Notes under the pieces: generated by a model
The model's input: the letters and a program-made list of their open reading frames with translations, nothing else
Database searches by the model: none
What the model was told of the DNA's origin: nothing
Translations under genes and position numbers: made by a program
DNA from: Octopus sinensis
Lineage: Eukaryota
Assembly: GCF_006345805.1 (NCBI RefSeq)
Contig: NC_043006.1
Location: forward strand, 55,056,001 to 55,120,000
DNA length: 64,000 nucleotides
Reading direction: 5' to 3'
Part shown: positions 55,907-64,000 of the stretch, piece after piece
How the letters are laid out: each line of letters opens with the position of its first letter
How positions within the stretch are numbered: the first letter of the stretch is position 1

Positions 55907-56913
55907 CCTCCCCCACTATCATCATTGTTCTCATCATTTCCATGCTGGCATGTGTTAGATGATTTGACAGGATCTGATGCACTGCTTGGTTGTGTTGGGT
56001 TCCAGTGTTAGCTTTGACATGGCCTCTATGGCTTGATGACCTTCCTAATGCCAACCACTTTACAGTGTGTACTAGGTGGTTTGTTTTTTTTCATTTCCAT
56101 GACACTGGTACTAGTGAGGTCATCAAGTATCTTGGAAGACAAAGGAAAGAAAAGAAAGAAAAAATGCTTGCTTGACTGAGTGGGAGTGTATTTGAGAGAG
56201 AGAGAGAAGAAAGTAGCTTTATGTCAGGTATTAAAGGCTAAAGCATGATAGACAAACAAGCACAAGTGTCTTGATGGCTACCTCACATTATATAAGTGTG
56301 GTTAAGAGTAAGGAAAATAAAAATGGGGAGAAGGTGGCAGAATGTACAGTCTGGGAATCAGAAAATGATTATTAGGGAGAAAGAGGAAAGCATCAAGGAT
56401 AATGTTATCAAGCAGTTATTGTTGTCGAACTTAGTGGGTCTCAGCTGTTTTATTTAAAATGAATTAAAACTCTTTAAAATTATATTTATTTGGATCAAAA
56501 CTCCATATATATTTCTGTCTATTACTTAATATTTCCAGTTAATTATTCTTATCGAAAAGGCTTTGTCTTAAAGTGATTACATTAAATGGCTTAAGTGGCT
56601 TTTGCTCTATGTGTATATGTATGTTTGCACACACACACTTATTCTATCAATTTCTTTGTCAGACTGCTAAGTTACAGAGACACAAGCACATGGACACCAG
56701 TTGTCAAGTGGTGGTAGGGGACAAACACACATGCGCACACATACACTCACACGTATATGATGGGATTCTTTGTGATTCTGTCTACCAAATCCACACACAA
56801 GGCTTTGGTCAGTCCAAGGCTATGGTAGATGACAGTTGCCCAATGTACCATGCAGAGGGACTGAACCTGGAATCATGTGGTTGGAAAGCAAACTTCCTAC
56901 CACACGGCTGTGC

Positions 56914-56972
<59 letters not shown>

Positions 56973-57003
56973 TAGGTAGATAGATATTGTGATGAAGCAG
57001 CAT

Positions 57004-57413
57004 TCTTTTACTTATTTTAGTCATTTGACTGCAGCCATGCTAGAGCACCGCCTTTAGTCGAGCAAATCAACCCCAGGACTTATTCTTTGTAAGCCTAGTA
57101 CTTATTCTATTGACCTCTTTTGCTGAACTGCTAAGTTACGGGGACATAAACACACCAGCATCGGTTGTCAAGTGATGTTGTGGGGGACAAACACAGACAC
57201 ACAAACATATACACTCACATACACACATATACATATATATATATATATACATATATAAGACGGGCTTCTTTCTGTTTCCGTCTACCAAATCCACTCACAA
57301 GGCTTTGGTTGGCACGAGGCTATAGTAGAAGACACTTGCCCAAGGTGCCACACAGTGGGACTGAACCCTGAACTATGTGGTTGGTAAGCAAGCTACTTAC
57401 TACACAGCCACTC
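57004..57413 (-). mobile_element. SINE family A (duplicated at about 58519-58928)
   Basis: Aligns to other copies. Further partial copies lie at about 20.2-20.5, 53.46-53.71 and 56.64-56.91 kb. Confidence 0.82.
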
Positions 57414-57699
57414 CTATGCATTATGTAAAAAAAATTGATAGTCAGTGGATTGACTAGTTCTTTATATAAAGGTTAAATAATAATTTCTTTGAACTCATTT
57501 GAATTCAACATATAAAGGAATGTAGCTAAATGTTGTAAAGCATATAAACTAGCACTCTGCTGTTTTTATTATTCTACCACCCTAATCTCTATTAATTAAC
57601 GACATTTAATCAAACCAATAGCAGGCAAATGAATGAGGGCATTTGCTATTAATGCAAGTAGCAGCCAAAATACCTTCAAATGATATCTTTCTACTTTAA

Positions 57700-58139
57700 C
57701 CCTTTTGTTGTAATATTCTGTTGAAATACACCATTTTTGTTTCTATTTTGAAAATAATGAAAAATTATTAATATGATTTTGTCATTATCATCAAACTGGT
57801 ATTTGGTTGAATTAATTATCATGGAATGAGGGAAAGCTTTAGTTTATATCACTTTAAAACAAGGAAGTTTGTATTAACCCTTTAGTATTCAGATTACTCT
57901 ATCAAGTTTAATGATTATTTAATCACTATTTTTAATTAATCATGCATCATCTCTTAACTTCGAAATTTTCATGATGTGATTGCATATTTTTAGAATGACA
58001 TTGTATGATAGGTATGAGAGGCTGCATCTGGTTGGTTTGAACATAAAATAGGTAGAATATTTGGGCCAAATTTGGCTGTTTTAAATGCTAAAGGGTTAAG
58101 GAATCAGATATGGTCTCTGGCAGGTTGCTAATGAAAGGG
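57700..58139. mobile_element. Nested piggyBac-type MITEs (inner element 57878-58095)
   Basis: Outer element TTAA|CCCTTTTG...GAAAGGG|TTAA; inner element TTAA|CCCTTTAGTATT...AATGCTAAAGGG|TTAA. Both recur in the duplicated copy at about 59.2-59.66 kb. Confidence 0.7.
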
Positions 58140-59960
58140 TTAAAAAGAAAAAAAGGAAGGCCACCATATTGGCATGGTATCTAGCTATACTGGTTATGAT
58201 TATGGTTAGATGTCAGCAAAGTAAAGCAGCTATGATAGCTGATGATGTTGATACATGTCTGCTATGTGCGTAATGTCTTGTCACGGGGAAGTGAGATAAG
58301 ATGCAGGTGAATAACTATTTAGCTTTTGATGTTACTTTGAGTGGTTGGCAATAGTTTTAACAGGGTGGAGATGATTGAATTCAAATCTAGTCTGCTGTTA
58401 TCACTACTAGTACTAACATATAATCCATAATCTTTGGCTTGTGTCAGTGTGTGTGTGTGTATATATATATATATTATATATATATATTAGGTAGATAGAT
58501 ATTGTGATGAAGCAGCATTCTTTTACTTATTTTAGTCATTTGACTGCAGCCATGCTAGAGCACCGCCTTTAGTCGAGCAAATCAACCCCAGGACTTATTC
58601 TTTGTAAGCCTAGTACTTATTCTATTGACCTCTTTTGCTGAACTGCTAAGTTACGGGGACATAAACACACCAGCATCGGTTGTCAAGTGATGTTGTGGGG
58701 GACAAACACAGACACACAAACATATACACTCACATACACACATATACATATATATATATATATACATATATAAGACGGGCTTCTTTCTGTTTCCGTCTAC
58801 CAAATCCACTCACAAGGCTTTGGTTGGCACGAGGCTATAGTAGAAGACACTTGCCCAAGGTGCCACACAGTGGGACTGAACCCTGAACTATGTGGTTGGT
58901 AAGCAAGCTACTTACTACACAGCCACTCCTATGCATTATGTAAAAAAAATTGATAGTCAGTGGATTGACTAGTTCTTTATATAAAGGTTAAATAATAATT
59001 TCTTTGAACTCATTTGAATTCAACATATAAAGGAATGTAGCTAAATGTTGTAAAGCATATAAACTAGCACTCTGCTGTTTTTATTATTCTACCACCCTAA
59101 TCTCTATTAATTAACGACATTTAATCAAACCAATAGCAGGCAAATGAATGAGGGCATTTGCTATTAATGCAAGTAGCAGCCAAAATACCTTCAAATGATA
59201 TCTTTCTACTTTAACCCTTTTGTTGTAATATTTCTGTTGAAATACACCATTTTTGTTTCTATTTTGAAAATAATGAAAAATTATTAATATGATTTTGTCA
59301 TTATCATCAAACTGGTATTTGGTTGAATTAATTATCATGGAATGAGGGAAAGCTTTAGTTTATATCACTTTAAAACAAGGAAGTTTGTATTAACCCTTTA
59401 GTATTCAGATTACTCTATCAAGTTTAATGATTATTTAATCACTATTTTTAATTAATCATGCATCATCTCTTAACTTCGAAATTTTCATGATGTGATTGCA
59501 TATTTTTAGAATGACATTGTATGATAGGTATGAGAGGCTGCATCTGGTTGGTTTGAACATAAAATAGGTAGAATATTTGGGCCAAATTTGGCTGTTTTAA
59601 ATGCTAAAGGGTTAAGGAATCAGATATGGTCTCTGGCAGGTTGCTAATGAAAGGGTTAAAAAGAAAAAAAGGAAGGCCACCATATTGGCATGGTATCTAG
59701 CTATACTGGTTATGATTATGGTTAGATGTCAGCAAAGTAAAGCAGCTATGATAGCTGATGATGTTGATACATGTCTGCTATGTGCGTAATGTCTTGTCAC
59801 GGGGAAGTGAGATAAGATGCAGGTGAATAACTATTTAGCTTTTGATGTTACTTTGAGTGGTTGGCAATAGTTTTAACAGGGTGGAGATGATTGAATTCAA
59901 ATCTAGTCTGCTGTTATCACTACTAGTACTAACATATAATCCATAATCTTTGGCTTGTGT

Positions 59961-60006
<46 letters not shown>

Positions 60007-61415
60007 TGTGTGTATGTATGTATGCATATATTTGTATGCGTCTATATATATACATACACATGTGTGTGTGTATTAACTGAGTGGCTTTGCTGGTGGTCAT
60101 TGCTATCTTTTTGAACAATGAAATAAATCAGATATATTTATATTTTGAAGACTTTTGTGCTCTGATAGAAGATGAAAAAAACCTCATCTATGTTGATATT
60201 ATTAAGAGAAACACAACATAAAACTGAGAACTTACCAAAGCTAATGGTGAGCAGAGATTCTTATTGTGGCATTGTGAAATGCTCTTTGGTTAGCAGCTGT
60301 TTAAAGAAAACTATAATCCTATTCTAACTCAAAGCATGCATTGTCTCCTCATAGTTGGTAAAAGATTTTGTGTAACAAGTTCAATGTATACATTTACTCC
60401 TTGTAACCAATGACAAAATCTAGGTTCTCATCCATAAGGCTGACTGACAGTTAAGTACTCTGGTTTGGGGTTATGTACAAACGTTACCTGATTTTACCTA
60501 AATTAATATAGCAAACACTCTGTAACAAACCATAAATTCCACAAAACCATTAAAAGAAATAGTGTGAAAGTGAGCTACATTTACTCTCATATCTTTATTA
60601 CCTCTTATCTAAAATCAATAGAAAAAAATTGTATAAAACTTTCTACCACACTATAACTGAATTACTGCTCTTATTCACTAAATAGGAAATATTTTCAAGA
60701 AAGTGTAGTGTGTTATGTGAAAATCTCTATTAGAAACAGCAAAAAATACTACATAGGTCTAATAGTAAGTATTTTCAAAACAAAGATTTAATCAGTACAT
60801 TTACTCCTTCAGACACAAACATAGAAGGTATGCTACTACTCTCTCTCTCTAGATATATTTGGGATCTGAAGAATAGTAATATTCATACTTTCAAAGTGAA
60901 TTAGTCTTGTTATCTAGATTGCACTCTTGTACATCAATCAGCTCAGATGCTTTTTTTTGTTCATTTACACACACACATGCATCCATTTTATTTCAATTCT
61001 TTTTAATTTTGACATATATGGCTGTATTTGTTTTTCTCATGCTGGTCTTAAGTCATAAGAGAAGCTACACAGTGAGGATGGGTGCAGGTTTTACTTATGA
61101 GTGTTGTATGCAAGTAGAGTCTCTTTCATGTATAGAATATGACAATATGAGCAAAAGTAAATCAAGTTTCAATCATTATTCTAAACGTAACAGCAATGAT
61201 GATGAGACACAACTGAGCAAAACAAAACGTGCATGTGTCATATTTGCCATAAAAACTTCAAGGACACCCGTACACTAAAAATATTTTCTAATTGTCATTG
61301 ATGGTTGTATTTATTTGAGAATTGGACAGCTATTGTATCTAAGCATATTTTATCTTCTGTCATTTCTTTATTGATGAATTATGACTAAAAACCAGTTTTA
61401 TTCATCTACTTTCAG

Positions 61416-61538
61416 ATACTGATAAGATGTTTAAATTGAGTGACAAATTGGTGATGTTGGTTACTGGAGAACCCGGGGATACTGTACAATTTGCTGAATA
61501 TATAGCCAAGAATATTCAGCTTTATAAAATGAGAAATG
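61416..61538 (+). CDS. PSMB2: Proteasome subunit beta type-2, coding exon 2
   Basis: Acceptor ctactttcag| and donor G|GTAAGC bound a 123-nt phase 1-1 exon. It reads (D)[40 protein letters not shown](G), in frame with exon 1 and matching human [42 protein letters not shown]. The remaining exons lie beyond the window. Confidence 0.96.
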
Positions 61539-62073
61539 GTAAGCACTTCATATTCTCTTCATCATCTTAACTCAACGTTGTGTATGACACAAATACACCT
61601 GACAATGCATATATCTTAGTCTTATATTGCCTCAAACTGTCCAAATCAAAACACCCTTGTATATATTTGTTTTTAAGAAAGTTATGGACTCTCTAATCTA
61701 AGTGAGTAAACTTTAATCCCTTCCTCTATCATTTATGTACATTCTGTAATGTTCGCTGTTAAAATTGACATATACTGCTGAATTTTTGTAATTTATTTTC
61801 TGAGTTTTTTTGTAATAAAAGTTACATGTATACCTGGGTCTGTTAGCTCTGAAGTGAGTAACTCAGCTTACCTGTAAATTTCTTAATGCAAAAAGGCCAG
61901 TGAGTCCATGTCTTTTATTAATTGTATCTAATTTATTACCAAAATTTTTGTTTTTGACCTCTCTTTGAGTGTAGCTCTTATAGCCATTATTATGTAATCA
62001 ACAGTCACTCAGGCACATTATTTTTTAACACACATGATTATGTACTTTAAAATGAAAATAATTTTTTTCTATA

Positions 62074-62466
62074 ATTAGCAGTATCGCCCAGCGTTGCTTG
62101 GGTTTGTTTTGACCCTTTAGAATTGGAATATTTGAAAAGTAAAAATTTTGCATTATGTAGCTTGTTGTTCTCTAAGTGAACATTCTGGTTGAAATATACC
62201 GAAAAATGGCGACATAGCAGTCAAAAAATCGTAAAAAATAGGGATTTTCATAGAAAAAAAGCACCTTTTTGATGTAAATAATTTTTGGTCTTGACATGGT
62301 CCGATTTGAATTTTTTCTTCTATGGAAGGAAGAGCATGCCTTCTTCTATCATACTCTCGATTTTGGTCAACTTGCACCGCAGGGTCTCGGAGGAGATAGT
62401 GTTAGTTGAAGGCTATCAAACCTGCCATACACAGACAACTTCAGCTTTATATATATATAGAGAGAT
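62074..62466 (+). mobile_element. Helentron/HINE-like element, second copy
   Basis: 5' end attagcagtatcgcccagcgttgcttgggtttgt and 3' end cagacaacttcagctttatatatatatagagagat. The interior differs from the 53.76 kb copy. Confidence 0.55.
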
Positions 62467-62722
62467 AATGACAATTTCCTTGATGATCTGACCACAAGTA
62501 CACTATAAACATTTGAATAAAGAAGCCATTCTTAGGTGGAATGTTCAACTTAAAAAAATGTTCAATAAGATATTAAAAGTTAATACACAAATATAATGTT
62601 TTTGTTTTCATGATTGAGATGATTTTTTTTTTCATTACATTTCAGAAATTTAGTAATTCATTGCTAACATCTTATTAGTAATTCTATAATTTCAGAGTTG
62701 ATAACTTGTATATTATATATAT

Positions 62723-63996
62723 ATGTTGAGTGGAGTAAAAGTAAGCAATGTTTTGAACCATGAAGAATTTGTACCAGATTTTTTGCAGAGTTTTGAATTT
62801 TTTTAAAAAACATTTTTTGAAATTGTTTGATAATACGGACATAGACTTGCCCAAATGCATCAATAAATTAACATTGATATTTTTTTCACTGTTGTTACAA
62901 TAATTTGAAATGGAACTGTCAAAGCGCAATATTTGAGCAATTTTTCTATTCAACTTCAAGAAAGGATGTGAAGCAGCTGAGACTGCTCGCAATGTCAATG
63001 AAATGTTTGGTGAGGAAATGACCAGTGAGTGGTCAGCTCGAAAATGGTTTAAATGATTGCGCAGTGGAGACCTGAGCGTTCAAGATCGTAAGCATAGTGG
63101 ATGCCCATCTGTCATCGATGAGAGTCAATTAAAGACTGTCATTGAGAAAGATCTAAGTAAAACCTCTTGAAAACTGACATAAGATCTTCAATTTATCTAG
63201 AAAACTGCCTGCAACCATTTGCATGCAATCGGAAAATCCAAAAAAGCTCGACAAATGGGTACCACACATTTTGAATGAAAATCAGAAGATGCACAGATAT
63301 GAAATTCGCTTGTTGCTTCTCCGTAACTAGACTGATCTAGTTACTTGATGATATTGTAACTTGTGATGAAAAGTGAATTCTGTACAATAATAAAAAACGT
63401 TCTTTGTAGTGGTTGGACCAAGGTGAAGTGCTGAAACCTTCCCTAAACCCGGGCTCTTCAAAAAGAGGGTTATGGTGACTGTTTGGTGGTGTACTGCTGG
63501 ACTCATCCACTATAAGTTCTTAAAACCTGGAAAAACCATTACTGCAGAATCATATTGCCATGAAATTGCCAAAATGAATGAAAAACTGCAACTCCTTCAT
63601 CCCAGATTGGTCAACAGAAGAGAGCCAATTATTTTTCAGAACAATGCTTGACCACACATTTCACTAATGATGCTCTAGAAGTTGAAGGAACTTGGCTATG
63701 AAGTTCTTCCCCACCCAGCTTATTCCCCAGACCTTTCTCGACTACCACTTTTCCAAGCACCTTGATGGTTCCCTGTGGGAAATGGAGTTCAAAAATCAAA
63801 CCGATGCATTTAAATAGTTCATCAGCTCCAGAACTCCAGATTTTTATATTACTGGAATAAGCAAACTTATAACTCATTGGCAAAAATGTGTTGACTATAA
63901 TGGTACTTGCATTGATGAATAGAATTTCCACATTGTTGAAAGATATTGTGATGAATTTCATGTTTCAAAATATTGCTTACTTTTTACTCAGCCTGA
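62723..63996 (+). mobile_element. Mariner (DD34D-type) transposon, near full length, inactive
   Basis: ATG at 62910 reads MELSKRNI*AIFLFNFKKG...ARKWFK*LRSGD, followed by KWVPH, TCDEK, VMVTVWW and HPAYSPDL motifs with stops and frameshifts. The right TIR aaatattgcttactttttactcagcctga+TA matches a degenerate left TIR gagtaaaagtaagcaatgttttgaa. Confidence 0.92.
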
Positions 63997-64000
63997 TATA

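Larger units (their letters stand above)
56935..59975 (+). repeat. Tandem duplication, unit about 1515 bp
   Basis: Identical ORFs at 57165 and 58680 (offset 1515). The junctions fall in (TG)n(TA)n, and the copies are almost identical. Confidence 0.95.

Overview
AT-rich, repeat-dense eukaryotic DNA. The repeat families and microsatellite load suggest a coleoid cephalopod, probably Octopus (inference). The only host protein-coding exons I can support are exons 1 (8626-8716) and 2 (61416-61538) of the proteasome subunit beta type-2 gene (PSMB2, + strand), separated by a 52,699-bp first intron. The intron is filled with mobile DNA: RTE, CR1 and L2-like LINE fragments, several tRNA-derived SINE families, mariner, Tc1-like and Tigger remnants, TTAA-flanked piggyBac-type MITEs, Helentron-like non-autonomous elements, a Penelope-like (GIY-YIG) fragment, kilobase-scale (TA)n arrays and two near-identical tandem duplications. 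The most interesting signal is a set of minimal type-I hammerhead-ribozyme motifs of the kind carried by Penelope-like elements and retrozymes. Two lie in a 352-bp non-coding, highly structured unit arranged as a partial tandem plus a 325-bp inverted repeat (54140-54866). Three more lie at about 4.4, 14.0 and 28.4 kb, the last in the 3' region of the GIY-YIG element. Almost all long ORFs in the supplied track are microsatellite or repeat artefacts. All alignments and folds were done by eye.
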